A stretch of 35,857 bases of DNA, from positions 6,053-41,909 of the forward strand of contig JAYENX010000023.1 of assembly GCA_034722435.1 (NCBI GenBank). Reading direction: 5' to 3'. The position numbers and the translations under genes were made by a program. Positions 9,182-18,543 of this stretch are shown here, in pieces (the stretch's first letter is position 1; each line of letters starts with the position of its first letter). The notes under the pieces were generated by a model that was not told the DNA's origin, ran no database searches, and was given only the letters and a program-made list of their open reading frames with translations. The stretch comes from Nanobdellota archaeon (lineage in GTDB: Archaea; Nanobdellota; Nanobdellia; Woesearchaeales; JAHWHD01).

Positions 9182-9625
9182 TTAATCTAATAAATTAAGT
9201 TCTTTCATAATCTTATCATAACAAGAGGGACAAATACCGTGACTCGCAGTATAAAAACGTTCTAGTTGGTTAAATTCTTCGTTGCTAGCAACTTTCAACC
9301 AATCACTTCTAGATTCACCATTAAGAGCAATATGAGGTTGTACACTATTACAATCAGCATAAGAACATACAGAAAGGTACATATTTGGATCTTTTTTATT
9401 ACCATTATTTTTACCGTCATTTGTAGTATTAGGAGTTATATATACAGAACCGCTAAGTAATTCTTGTAAAAAGTCTTGTGAAACTTTAACAGCTGGTGCC
9501 TCTGGAAAAAATTTGAAATCTACATAATCTTCTACAAAATTTTTTAAAATATGTTCGACCATGTCTGGTGATGCTTTTGTAGGTTTTTTATAAGGTGGCA
9601 TCCAAAATTTAACAAATTCATTCAT
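9182..9625 (-). CDS. Hypothetical protein with C-terminal Zn-binding motif
   Basis: VCSYADC...W...SHGICPSCY resembles the CxxC...SHG(I)CPxC Zn module found on bacterial signalling proteins. Confidence 0.6.
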   Translation of the reverse strand: MNEFVKFWMPPYKKPTKASPDMVEHILKNFVEDYVDFKFFPEAPAVKVSQDFLQELLSGSVYITPNTTNDGKNNGNKKDPNMYLSVCSYADCNSVQPHIALNGESRSDWLKVASNEEFNQLERFYTASHGICPSCYDKIMKELNLLD

Positions 9626-9809
9626 TCTTATTAGTCTCCATATTTTGTTTCATTATACTATCGAAAGATACTGTTGTGCCACAGGTTTTTCTACTGCAAT
9701 TATAAAGCATTATCTGTTCAGTTCTAGTTTTTTGAGTGCCAATATATTTAAAATCTGAGCGCTGTTTGCACGCTGGACAATACATTTCGTTTAATGGTAT
9801 ATCTGACAT
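9618..9809 (-). CDS. Small Zn-ribbon protein
   Basis: YCPACK...YNCSRKTCG; overlaps the start of the next gene by 8 nt, consistent with an operon. Confidence 0.6.
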   Translation of the reverse strand: MSDIPLNEMYCPACKQRSDFKYIGTQKTRTEQIMLYNCSRKTCGTTVSFDSIMKQNMETNKNE

Positions 9810-9814
9810 AATTA

Positions 9815-10024
9815 TTACCTTTGATAATCTGATACAACAGGAGGTCTTCTTGGAGGTTCAATCCTGTTTGCCTTTGCAGGTGTTGTTGTAAGAGTTGCAT
9901 ATAATATTGCTAGCGTTGCTAATCCTGATATTGCATATGAAGCCATACTTGGCTCTGAAGAAGACTTATCTCTAACAGAAGTCTTATAGTTCAAGTTTTG
10001 CATGTATAATTGTATAGGTTTCAT
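9815..10024 (-). CDS. Small hypothetical protein with one hydrophobic segment
   Basis: 69 aa; YAISGLATLAILYATL hydrophobic stretch; stop 5 nt before the next start. Confidence 0.45.
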   Translation of the reverse strand: MKPIQLYMQNLNYKTSVRDKSSSEPSMASYAISGLATLAILYATLTTTPAKANRIEPPRRPPVVSDYQR

Positions 10025-10086
10025 TGGGAAAGTAAAATCTCCACGAGATTATTTAAATAATTATCGGACTATTTTAAAATAGAACA

Positions 10087-10998
10087 TTAATCATAACTAA
10101 TCTTGCCCCTAAACTGACGTTTAAGTTTAAGAGCCCTAATCATTTCTTTACATCTATTTCTAAGTGTAACTTCAGTTATTTGAGCCACATCAGATACTTG
10201 TTTCTGTGTTCTTTTCTCGCCATCCGATATAAGGGCTGACAGATAAAGTGCTGTAGCTGCAATTGACATAGGACATTTACCAGAGGTTAATTCCAGTCTC
10301 TGCATTTCTTCAATCCATTCAACTGTCTGAGTTTGAACTTTTGGGCTTAGGTTTAGTTCTGAAGCGAACTTAGCTAAAAAGTCAATAGCTGATAATGGTG
10401 TAATCTTGATACCTAGATTTCTCATAAGTTTTCTGTAAACTTTACCAATAGCTTTCTTTTCTAGACCTGTAACTGTTGAAAACTCTTTAAGGGTTTTCGG
10501 GTACGCGAATCTTTTACATGCAATGTATAAAGCTGCGATTACGGTTTTTTCACAAGATCTTGCTTTAGTAAATCCTTTAATAACAGCTGCTCTATAGATT
10601 ACTGCAGCCTCTCTTTCAATAGTATTAGTAACTTTAAGGTTAGAAGCGATTATTTTTAGATGGCTTAAAGCTCTGTTAAGGTTTGCCTCAATTGAAGAGC
10701 TTGACCAGTTATTTTTTTGACGCATTCTCATAAATTTATACTTAGTTCTCCTTGACATAGTTCTCAAGTCTTTAGCATTACCAACATTTGTGATAAGGTT
10801 ATTAGAAATTCTTGGATCGAATGGAGCGCCTGTTCTTGAAAACTTAGCAAAATCTTCATTATCTATAAAACGTTCTCTACCGAAATCAACTAAATGATCT
10901 TCTACGACTGTAGAACAACTTCTACAAATGATTTCTCCTTTTTCTTTATCTATGAAGAATTTTGATTCTCCGCAATCTGGACATTTCTTTGGATGCAT
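10087..10998 (-). CDS. tfb: Transcription initiation factor IIB (divergent TFB paralogue)
   Basis: CPDCG...EIICRSCS Zn ribbon, two cyclin folds, C-terminal RTQKQVSDVAQITEVTLRNRCKE HTH; GGTGGT SD. Confidence 0.93.
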   Translation of the reverse strand: MHPKKCPDCGESKFFIDKEKGEIICRSCSTVVEDHLVDFGRERFIDNEDFAKFSRTGAPFDPRISNNLITNVGNAKDLRTMSRRTKYKFMRMRQKNNWSSSSIEANLNRALSHLKIIASNLKVTNTIEREAAVIYRAAVIKGFTKARSCEKTVIAALYIACKRFAYPKTLKEFSTVTGLEKKAIGKVYRKLMRNLGIKITPLSAIDFLAKFASELNLSPKVQTQTVEWIEEMQRLELTSGKCPMSIAATALYLSALISDGEKRTQKQVSDVAQITEVTLRNRCKEMIRALKLKRQFRGKISYD

Positions 10999-11036
10999 TT
11001 TTCTACCACCTAAAGTAACTATGGGTCACTCATTTA

Positions 11037-11074
11037 TAAATGTTTCGGTTTTGTAGTCACTTAATAGTGGTTAC
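11037..11074 (-). promoter_or_regulatory. TFB promoter with palindromic operator GTAGTCAC-N6-GTGGTTAC
   Basis: 11037-11068 is 31/32 identical to 32652-32683; the palindrome lies immediately upstream of BRE/TATA (TTTATAAA 11033-11040). Confidence 0.75.
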
Positions 11075-11205
11075 GTTAAGAGTTATATATTTCAATATTG
11101 TAAAAATGTCTTTTAAAATGAATAATAAACTTTATATACACCTGCCTATATCTCTGAAAATATAGTACTTAGTGTTTATATTACAGTTTAGGGGGATGAA
11201 TAAAT

Positions 11206-11475
11206 ATGAAAAATAAACCAATTTTTAATGTTTTTTTCCGAGAAAAACCTGCAATGATGCTGGTGAATCTTAAGAATGCAAAAGGGTCAATATACGCGTC
11301 TAGTCTTGCAAAGTCAATTGATTGTACGTATTCACACGTTGTTAAGATACTTCAAGAGATGGAGAAATCTGCAATAATCACATTTGAAAAACAAGGTAGA
11401 TTAAAGTTATTAACTCTTACTAAGAAAGGAGTTGATATGGCTGAACATATTGATTCTATAAGAGGATTAATTTAA
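11206..11475 (+). CDS. Winged-helix (MarR-like) transcriptional regulator
   Basis: 89 aa, YASSLAKSIDCTYSHVVKILQEMEK HTH followed by wing GRLKLLTLTKKG; GGGGGA SD. Confidence 0.85.
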   Translation: MKNKPIFNVFFREKPAMMLVNLKNAKGSIYASSLAKSIDCTYSHVVKILQEMEKSAIITFEKQGRLKLLTLTKKGVDMAEHIDSIRGLI

Positions 11476-12839
11476 TCTTTTAATTTTTTTTCTAAATTTA
11501 TTACTTCTATAGGTACTACATGCCTTTGCGCTGCGTTCTTGAGTCTATTATATTGCTCAGACTGTTGTTTAACATTCCTAGCATACTCTTCTTGGTATTC
11601 ACAAGCTCGTAACATCTGTTCTTCGCCGCAAGTTACCAATGTATAAACGCCTTTATTATAAGGCGTTGCAAGGCCGTACCTGTCATAATGTTGGTTAACA
11701 ATATCTGACCAGTGTTGAAGTAGCGGAATGGATTTTTTAAGATTAGGTAGAGCTCTAGTAAAGTCGAAAAGGTTTTGATGAGGATATATCTTGAAATTAT
11801 GGTTAGCAGCGAAACGTTCCATCTCATAAAAAAATGCCCAATCATTCCAAGAATCTACATCTGCAAGAAGGTTAACATCGTCATGGTTAAGAGTGGATTT
11901 AACTGGGACGTCCATTACAATAGAAGCTAAATCCCGGAGACCTTCAGGGCTCAGCATCTTTTTCAGTACTTGTGTACCTTCAGAAGCAATAAATTTAGCA
12001 ATATTATAGAGTCTTTGAATTTTGTTTCCATGGAAAAGATGTTTAGGGATTCGGTCATCATCTTCTTCGCCATTACCATAAACTAACATGATAGGGGTTG
12101 TCCAGTCAATACTGCCACCTTTCCTTAGACCTCCACCATATATTCTTAGAGCGTTCCAGTCCATCTGTGACAGGTTCATCATCCATATCTGTGGTTCTTT
12201 AAAATCTTTATCAGGCGTATGAAAATGAAACTTTCTATGAAAAAATTCAGATCCAGGATCGATTTGATGATTTGGAAAGATTGATTGTTTACAGTTCCAA
12301 TGTAAAATAGCTCCGTGATTTCCGGCGTCAGGATCGTTAATGAATGGTGCAATGTTTGACCAGTACGGAATATCTCCAGGTACAAAAAGGATCATATCGT
12401 CAGGGTTTGGTTGTAGAGCTTTATACCCTTGCCAGAATGAATTTCCGAGAGAGAGTTTTTGGTCTCCTTCATGAGCAAACACGAATCGTCCAGGCTCAAC
12501 ATTAAAAAATTCAGTAAAACTGTCAAGAAGTAATTTTATATTGTTACCTCCTACAACTGCAACCTTTTCTAAAGGACTTTTTAGAGCGTTCATAAGAGAA
12601 TATGCTGCAATAGGAATTCCTGAAAAAAGTGGAGATAAAAATTTTAAGAGTTCATATGGTTGGCCATTAATAGTGTCGTCAACGCATCTATATTTTACAT
12701 GACTCCTACATTTCTGGGCAAGACGGGACTCTTTAGCGTACTTTCTTAGAACTTTTTTGTCAACCTTTTCCCTTGATCCTTCATAATTATAACTGAAACT
12801 TAATATTCCTTTCTTAATTATGGGGCGGTTAAGTGTCAT
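11472..12839 (-). CDS. MobA-like/GT-A nucleotidyltransferase-fold protein with long extension
   Basis: K.L....G.PIAAYSL, VAVVGG, SLGNS...G, LFVPGDIP and later ADVDS..D match the order of NTP_transf_3 motifs. Confidence 0.55.
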   Translation of the reverse strand: MTLNRPIIKKGILSFSYNYEGSREKVDKKVLRKYAKESRLAQKCRSHVKYRCVDDTINGQPYELLKFLSPLFSGIPIAAYSLMNALKSPLEKVAVVGGNNIKLLLDSFTEFFNVEPGRFVFAHEGDQKLSLGNSFWQGYKALQPNPDDMILFVPGDIPYWSNIAPFINDPDAGNHGAILHWNCKQSIFPNHQIDPGSEFFHRKFHFHTPDKDFKEPQIWMMNLSQMDWNALRIYGGGLRKGGSIDWTTPIMLVYGNGEEDDDRIPKHLFHGNKIQRLYNIAKFIASEGTQVLKKMLSPEGLRDLASIVMDVPVKSTLNHDDVNLLADVDSWNDWAFFYEMERFAANHNFKIYPHQNLFDFTRALPNLKKSIPLLQHWSDIVNQHYDRYGLATPYNKGVYTLVTCGEEQMLRACEYQEEYARNVKQQSEQYNRLKNAAQRHVVPIEVINLEKKLKD

Positions 12840-12885
12840 GTGTATATTTTCTATATTAGAATTTTAAAAGGATTGTTATACTGTA

Positions 12886-14172
12886 TTATATATAAGATAA
12901 AAATCTTTGTTTACATGCTGTGTAAATTTTGTAAGCTCCGCCTTCTTTTAAAAAAGTTAAAGTCGAAGGTACATATTCAACAGATTTATGTTTTCGTTTG
13001 TAAAGAGCAGTTTTAAGAGTGGATAGGAAAACAGGACCTGATGAAAAATCTAGATGTTTTTTGTGTACTAAAAAGCCCGCACCAAGATCGTAAAGATGGT
13101 GTGCATCTGAAGATGTTATAGTGTTCTGTCTTTGAAGACGTTTTACGGCCTCTCTAAGCGTAGTTCTGTAAAGTTCAGTTCGCTCTCCCAAACGTAGACG
13201 TTCTGAAATCTGGTTAATTAATGATCTGTATTTACGTTTAGTACCGTCATAAAATTGTTTTGCGCGTGCAGGTGCCCATTGTGCCCACATTGAAAGTGCT
13301 GCAGCAATATGAGATTCCTTTAACGGAAGCTTTTCTGCCTGTGAAGCTTTCAAAGCGTCAATAAATTCTACATGGCTAGCTATTCTAAGAGTTGATTTTG
13401 GTAATTGGTTTAATGCTTCATCTAGAGGTAAGTCATATTGTAAACCTTTATTTAATCCGTAAACTAGAATTTCTGCATTCTCAGGACCTTCTACTTTTAA
13501 TTCGTAACCGTCAACAATATGTACACAGTTTCTATCCATCATGAATTGTTTAAAATCTTTTAAAGATTTTATCTTATAATGTAGCTTGAAAAATTCTGGA
13601 AGAGCAGAAACTAAATCGTCGGCATTTTCAAGAGTTAAAATATTAGATTTAAGGTATCTGTCCCTTACAGCAGAGTTTATATTAAGAAGTACATTATTAA
13701 AGTCAATATTCAAAGTTTTTTTATCAACTAACTGAACAAGAGGATGACCTTTCTCGATAACTATGTATCTTTCAAGAAGTTCTTCAGGAGGGTTAGTTGT
13801 TAAAAGGTTATAGATGCTGTTGTAATTAGGAGTGGTTGCATCTACATGGCAAACACAACCCATAACATCTAAACCTATATCCCTTGCTTTGTTAACTAGT
13901 TCAGTTAAAGTGACTTCAGAATCATGAGTGGTCTCGGAAGGATGAATGTGAAGATCAATGAATGCTAAATTTGGTTTCTTTGGCCTTATACGAGACCTAG
14001 TGTTACCAGTGAGCCAATCTTTCAATATTTCTGTTAAAGATTGTTTTTTTCCTTTATAATAAGGTCTTGTCCCGGCGACCTCAGAAATGTAGTTAGTGCG
14101 GCGTCGGTCGTCCATAATAGCAGAAATGGTTCCTGACACTGCTTTAGCTATCTGGTCAAATCTAATATTCAT
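12886..14172 (-). CDS. Divergent PHP-family phosphoesterase-like protein
   Basis: FIDLHIH, ..ARDIGLDVMG..CH, DGYELKV, ASH, SSDAH follow the PHP metal-ligand pattern. Confidence 0.65.
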   Translation of the reverse strand: MNIRFDQIAKAVSGTISAIMDDRRRTNYISEVAGTRPYYKGKKQSLTEILKDWLTGNTRSRIRPKKPNLAFIDLHIHPSETTHDSEVTLTELVNKARDIGLDVMGCVCHVDATTPNYNSIYNLLTTNPPEELLERYIVIEKGHPLVQLVDKKTLNIDFNNVLLNINSAVRDRYLKSNILTLENADDLVSALPEFFKLHYKIKSLKDFKQFMMDRNCVHIVDGYELKVEGPENAEILVYGLNKGLQYDLPLDEALNQLPKSTLRIASHVEFIDALKASQAEKLPLKESHIAAALSMWAQWAPARAKQFYDGTKRKYRSLINQISERLRLGERTELYRTTLREAVKRLQRQNTITSSDAHHLYDLGAGFLVHKKHLDFSSGPVFLSTLKTALYKRKHKSVEYVPSTLTFLKEGGAYKIYTACKQRFLSYI

Positions 14173-14191
14173 TATCTACCTCTTTTAATAC

Positions 14192-14437
14192 TTAACTGCA
14201 ATCAGGTATCGGCGTGTTTTCGCAGTAAGAGTTACAGTCGTACGGTAATATACAAACGTCTTCAGTGCATTTATTACCGTCGTTACAATCTATAGGTGCT
14301 CTGCATGCAATGTTACATTCTGAAACAGCCGCGCCTGTAATACTAGAATTCTGGAAACTGTTCATAGTGAATGCAAGTCCTACCATAACAACAACAAATA
14401 TTAACATCGTAACGAGTGATTTTGTTTTGTAATGCAT
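14192..14437 (-). CDS. Small membrane-anchored Cys-rich protein
   Basis: N-terminal TM helix; CNDGNKCTEDVC-type Cys repeat; 8 Cys in the C-terminal 42 aa. Confidence 0.7.
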   Translation of the reverse strand: MHYKTKSLVTMLIFVVVMVGLAFTMNSFQNSSITGAAVSECNIACRAPIDCNDGNKCTEDVCILPYDCNSYCENTPIPDCS

Positions 14438-14521
14438 TTTAGAAAATTAATGAGAATGTAGTATATAAATGTTTTGAAAGTTATTTACTTAAATGTTTTT
14501 AAAATAATAAAAAAATAAAAT

Positions 14522-15868
14522 TTATTCTCTGAGAGCGGTCAGTATTTCATTCACGCGATTCATCAATTCAGCATTTTGCTTAACTAAACTTCTATTTAAT
14601 TCCAGCATCCGTTCATATCCTGCTTGAATCTTATCCGTCCCAGGATCAACTTCAACTACTGGTGGAGCAGTAGCGGGTTGCGCAACTGGTTTTTCGACAG
14701 GTACAGGATCAGGTTTAAATAAATCTTCAAGACATAACCTTTTTTGATGTTCTTTTGCCCACATTAAATCAGATTCCAATCTTTTATGAGTAAAAAGATT
14801 AGGTTTTACAACAAGATCAGGCAATGACTGATTATTTTCAAACTCAACCAGAGTATCAGTTACATAACCGTTATTAACAGGTTCTTGTCTCAAAAGCATA
14901 GCATCCAAAAAGTTGCCTTTTGCAGCTTTTGCAAATTCAGCTGGACTGTATACTCCTCTCCAGTCTTCAAAACCATGTTCGTTAAGTTCAGTGAAAGGTT
15001 TATCTCCAAGAGGGCGAGTGTCCTTATTAACATCTGAAGGCTTAGTCCAAGATTCAAGAGTTCCGTGAAGGTCTTGAATACCAAACAAAGCAGAATTTAA
15101 CCCAGAGATTGACTCTCTGTAATCCGCTAACCTAGCTTTAATAACTTCAGATCTTTTAGTAAATTTACCAGTACCAACGAATTTATTTGTTAATGGTAAA
15201 TATCTAGCTTTAGATTTTTGTTGTGTAGAAGGTTGTCCAAACTCTTTTAATAACACACTACGAAAATGAGGTGTTCTGTATCTAAGAATTGGACGACCTA
15301 CAGGCGCATTTGCATCATATACGTTTTCAGGTTCCGTTATAGACGAACAAAACTGTTCCCATTTGGACTGTCTATAATTTATTTTTTTTTCAGCTTCCGA
15401 AACTTCCGGGGTTTTTGCAGTAGCATTCTGTCCAGAAGTTCCAGCAGGAGTTGAAACTGGTACAGATTTTACAACAGCACCTTGAGTTTCAGCACTCTCT
15501 GTAAGATACTTAGATTTAAAAAAACCAGCTTCAGCAGGGCTTAACTTGTAAGATTTTGTCACCCACTTATTTCCCCGAGTGTTATTATGCGCGAATTTAG
15601 CATATAATCCAGCATTAGGTTTTGCATCATTAACATAAACATTAAATCTGTTAAATTTACCGTCTAAATTTAACCCTAAATCTCGAGCAACTTCTTGAGT
15701 TTTTTTTTGAAGTGGTCCTGAACCGTCAGCAGGGTTAATACTTGCCTGATAAACTTTTGCGTTAGGTATACTTTGTATTGACGTAGCAGCATTAGCACTT
15801 GTAGCACCAAATAATAGTGCAGCACCTAGAGCGCCTACGATTAATCCTTTTTTTAAATATTGTTTCAT
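14522..15868 (-). CDS. Secreted hypothetical protein with C-terminal coiled coil
   Basis: MKQYLKK + hydrophobic core + ANA signal-peptidase site; Pro/Thr-rich linkers; heptad-like tail; GAGGTA SD. Confidence 0.75.
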   Translation of the reverse strand: MKQYLKKGLIVGALGAALLFGATSANAATSIQSIPNAKVYQASINPADGSGPLQKKTQEVARDLGLNLDGKFNRFNVYVNDAKPNAGLYAKFAHNNTRGNKWVTKSYKLSPAEAGFFKSKYLTESAETQGAVVKSVPVSTPAGTSGQNATAKTPEVSEAEKKINYRQSKWEQFCSSITEPENVYDANAPVGRPILRYRTPHFRSVLLKEFGQPSTQQKSKARYLPLTNKFVGTGKFTKRSEVIKARLADYRESISGLNSALFGIQDLHGTLESWTKPSDVNKDTRPLGDKPFTELNEHGFEDWRGVYSPAEFAKAAKGNFLDAMLLRQEPVNNGYVTDTLVEFENNQSLPDLVVKPNLFTHKRLESDLMWAKEHQKRLCLEDLFKPDPVPVEKPVAQPATAPPVVEVDPGTDKIQAGYERMLELNRSLVKQNAELMNRVNEILTALRE

Positions 15869-15892
15869 TTTTTTATTTACCTCACAATAATA

Positions 15893-15914
15893 GTAGTAAC
15901 TTCACAGTAACTAT
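15893..15914. promoter_or_regulatory. Third copy of the palindromic operator
   Basis: GTAGTAAC-ttcaca-GTAACTAT matches GTAGTNAC-N6-GTRRYTAY at 11053-11074 and 32668-32689. Confidence 0.6.
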
Positions 15915-16005
15915 GTCTGCAAGAGAGATATCATATATTCCTAACTGATATCAATGATATCAATCTAAGTAACATTTATATACTTCCTTACTTTTCTTCA
16001 TATTT

Positions 16006-16893
16006 ATGAAACGTAAACTTATCAAACAAGGTGGCGGAGGATTCACGTTTTACTTGCCAAAGAAATGGGCAGATAAAAGAGGACTGAAAGCAGGTGATGA
16101 AATTTCGCTCAGAGAAGTAAAAGATAGTTTGATTATTAACGGCACCGATTTAAGGAAAAAGGAAATATCATCTAAAGATGTAAACATGACAACTGCTTAC
16201 GAATTTCTTCTTGCAGCACACATAAATGGTTTTGATAAGATAACTATCAAGACTAAAGATCCTAAACTTAAAAAAGAAATAGAAAGAGTTGTTGATGGTT
16301 TTTTACTAGGTTTTGAAATAATATCTAAAGATGAAAAAGTAGTAATTGAAAATGTTGCAGAACCAACTGACAAGTTCGAGAATATAGTAAGAAGGTTATG
16401 GTTAATGATAAAAGAACTTGAAAGAAGGATTGGGTCTGAACAAATAAAAGACTTTGAGCAAGAGAAAGTAAAACTGGATAAATATGCAACTTTCTGTATG
16501 AGGACGATAATGCAAGGAAGTAAAGAGGATCATAATTTAGATATATATTGGGACGTAATAAATGCACTTTACAAACTACAGCACAGTTATGTTTACCTGT
16601 TAAGGTATAGTAATGAAGTTAAAGTATCTGAAATATTGAAAAAGCATCTTAACAAAGTACATAATAATTTCCAATCAATATACGAGATATTCTATAAAGG
16701 TTCAGTAATGGAGGCGCTTGAAATTTCAGAGTCGCTCTTTAAACAATTTAAAAACATAGATAAAGATATTGAAAAAAGTAAAGGAAAAGAGAGTGTTAAG
16801 CTGGCACATATGAAACACATAATCAGAAGTGCACACATTCTTGCAAGCGAAGTAGCTGACATGAAAATGGAAAGAAAGATTCAAGAGTTATAA
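16006..16893 (+). CDS. AbrB/SpoVT-PhoU domain regulator (archaeal phosphate-uptake regulator type)
   Basis: KRKLIKQGGG.FTFYLPKKWA...LKAGDEI AbrB-like N terminus followed by helical PhoU-like repeats. Confidence 0.8.
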   Translation: MKRKLIKQGGGGFTFYLPKKWADKRGLKAGDEISLREVKDSLIINGTDLRKKEISSKDVNMTTAYEFLLAAHINGFDKITIKTKDPKLKKEIERVVDGFLLGFEIISKDEKVVIENVAEPTDKFENIVRRLWLMIKELERRIGSEQIKDFEQEKVKLDKYATFCMRTIMQGSKEDHNLDIYWDVINALYKLQHSYVYLLRYSNEVKVSEILKKHLNKVHNNFQSIYEIFYKGSVMEALEISESLFKQFKNIDKDIEKSKGKESVKLAHMKHIIRSAHILASEVADMKMERKIQEL

Positions 16894-18360
16894 TATAGCT
16901 TCTTCCATGCATTTTTTAGTAAATATCTCTTTAGCAGTTTCAATGAATTCTTCCTCTTTCGCAGTTGGAATGATTGCACCTGCTGCAAACTTATGACCGC
17001 CTGCTTCACCGCCAACCCTTGATACTATCTCAGTTACAATTTCTCTAACATCAAGATCTTCTCTAGGTCTAATACCAGCAATTCTTAAAGAAATTTTAGT
17101 AGTATTATCGATTAACTGCGCAAGAGACATAATATAAGTATCTTTTTTAATATCAGGAGACTTGGAAAGAATTGAAGCAAGAGTTCCGCAGATAGTAGGA
17201 AGAATATGGTCCTCAGTATTGATAATAAGGTATCCGTCACCGTTAATTATATTTTCAGACGCCTTATTTCGATCATACCATTTAATCGCGTTAACGATTT
17301 CTCGTTTATAGTTAGATAAGTTTTGGAAAGCGCGTTTCTTAATATTTTCATCACCTAGGCACGTACCAATACCTAGCGAAGCTTTGTTAAGTCTGCCACA
17401 AGCATTTAGAAGAGTAGAGAATTCTTTCGCGTCACGAGTAGGAGATTCTTTTTCTTCATCAGTCAAAATGTATACAGGACCTAGCACATCTTCAGGTTTT
17501 GCTTCGTCCATACGCCTCATGATGATTCCTGAAACTAGTTTTTTAAGTTCTTCATCAGAAAGTTGGACCAACTTTTTCCAGCCTAACTCAGTTTTGGGTT
17601 TAATACCTATATCAGAAAGAAACTGGATTGCGCCAGATTCAGATCCTGATATGCCAGGTATAAAAGGGTCAGTTGAATATTCTAACACTTTATGAAGAGG
17701 TTTTGTCTGGCAACCAAAACAGCGTAAACCGTTTATCACCTTAATCTTACCGTTAGCGATAGCCTCTTGTAATATCTCGTCGTTAAGTTTACGGAAACCT
17801 TTAGATTCCTGGACATCTCCAATTGCGCCGATAATAGCAACATGAGCTAAGTCAGTCTTACCAGTGGCAGTTTTAGAGAATAAATATACAACTCCAGAGC
17901 CAGAGATTTCAACAGAACCGTCAACGCCTTGAAGGTGCGGGTTGATATGAATAAAGTTTTTGGGAAGATCAAATTGTCCCTCTGGCTCGTGATGGTCAAG
18001 GATTAATATGTTCCTATCAGAGAGTCTCTCCTTAAGATAAGAGAGCTGGCCAGAACCCAAGTCTGTGAAAATGTAGTTCTTATAATCTTCAAGTCTAAGC
18101 TCGTTAATTGTTTCGCGTTTTAGTTGCGTAACAATAGAAAGCGAATAGCGCATATTCATAGTGTTAAGAAATTTTATCATGACAGATGCAGCACAAAGAC
18201 CGTCAGCGTCAAGGTGAGATATGAGACGAACAGGAAGTTTTTTGTCAAAAGTGTTAAAAAAATCGACAGCTTTTTGCATTGAATCTTTGAACGCTTGGTA
18301 ATTGTTTTCAGAATCTTTTTCAGAAGTTTCAATGTTTTCCCTGTCAGTTACCGAGTCCAT
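16888..18360 (-). CDS. DHH family RecJ-like exonuclease
   Basis: SHLDADG, FTDLGSG, ILDHH, GAIGD, C-terminal DHHA1 AGGHKFAAGA; downstream of rps15 as commonly seen in archaea. Confidence 0.92.
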   Translation of the reverse strand: MDSVTDRENIETSEKDSENNYQAFKDSMQKAVDFFNTFDKKLPVRLISHLDADGLCAASVMIKFLNTMNMRYSLSIVTQLKRETINELRLEDYKNYIFTDLGSGQLSYLKERLSDRNILILDHHEPEGQFDLPKNFIHINPHLQGVDGSVEISGSGVVYLFSKTATGKTDLAHVAIIGAIGDVQESKGFRKLNDEILQEAIANGKIKVINGLRCFGCQTKPLHKVLEYSTDPFIPGISGSESGAIQFLSDIGIKPKTELGWKKLVQLSDEELKKLVSGIIMRRMDEAKPEDVLGPVYILTDEEKESPTRDAKEFSTLLNACGRLNKASLGIGTCLGDENIKKRAFQNLSNYKREIVNAIKWYDRNKASENIINGDGYLIINTEDHILPTICGTLASILSKSPDIKKDTYIMSLAQLIDNTTKISLRIAGIRPREDLDVREIVTEIVSRVGGEAGGHKFAAGAIIPTAKEEEFIETAKEIFTKKCMEEAIL

Positions 18361-18543
18361 AACAAAATAACAAAATCAATCATATAAATACTTTTAGTGA
18401 TTATTAGATGGTAGGAAAAAAGTAGATAATTAATGATTAAAAAAAGATAAAATTTATGTCGATAAAACAAATATTTTTAATGATTAAAAATGTTTTAATT
18501 TCATATTAAGAAATAAAAAATAAAAGAAATAAATAAAAAAACT

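Noticed and set aside
10036-10050. aatctc-cac-gagatt hairpin resembling the ends of the 33943-34056 element
   Set aside because: Only 6 bp in AT-rich DNA, which could easily be chance.
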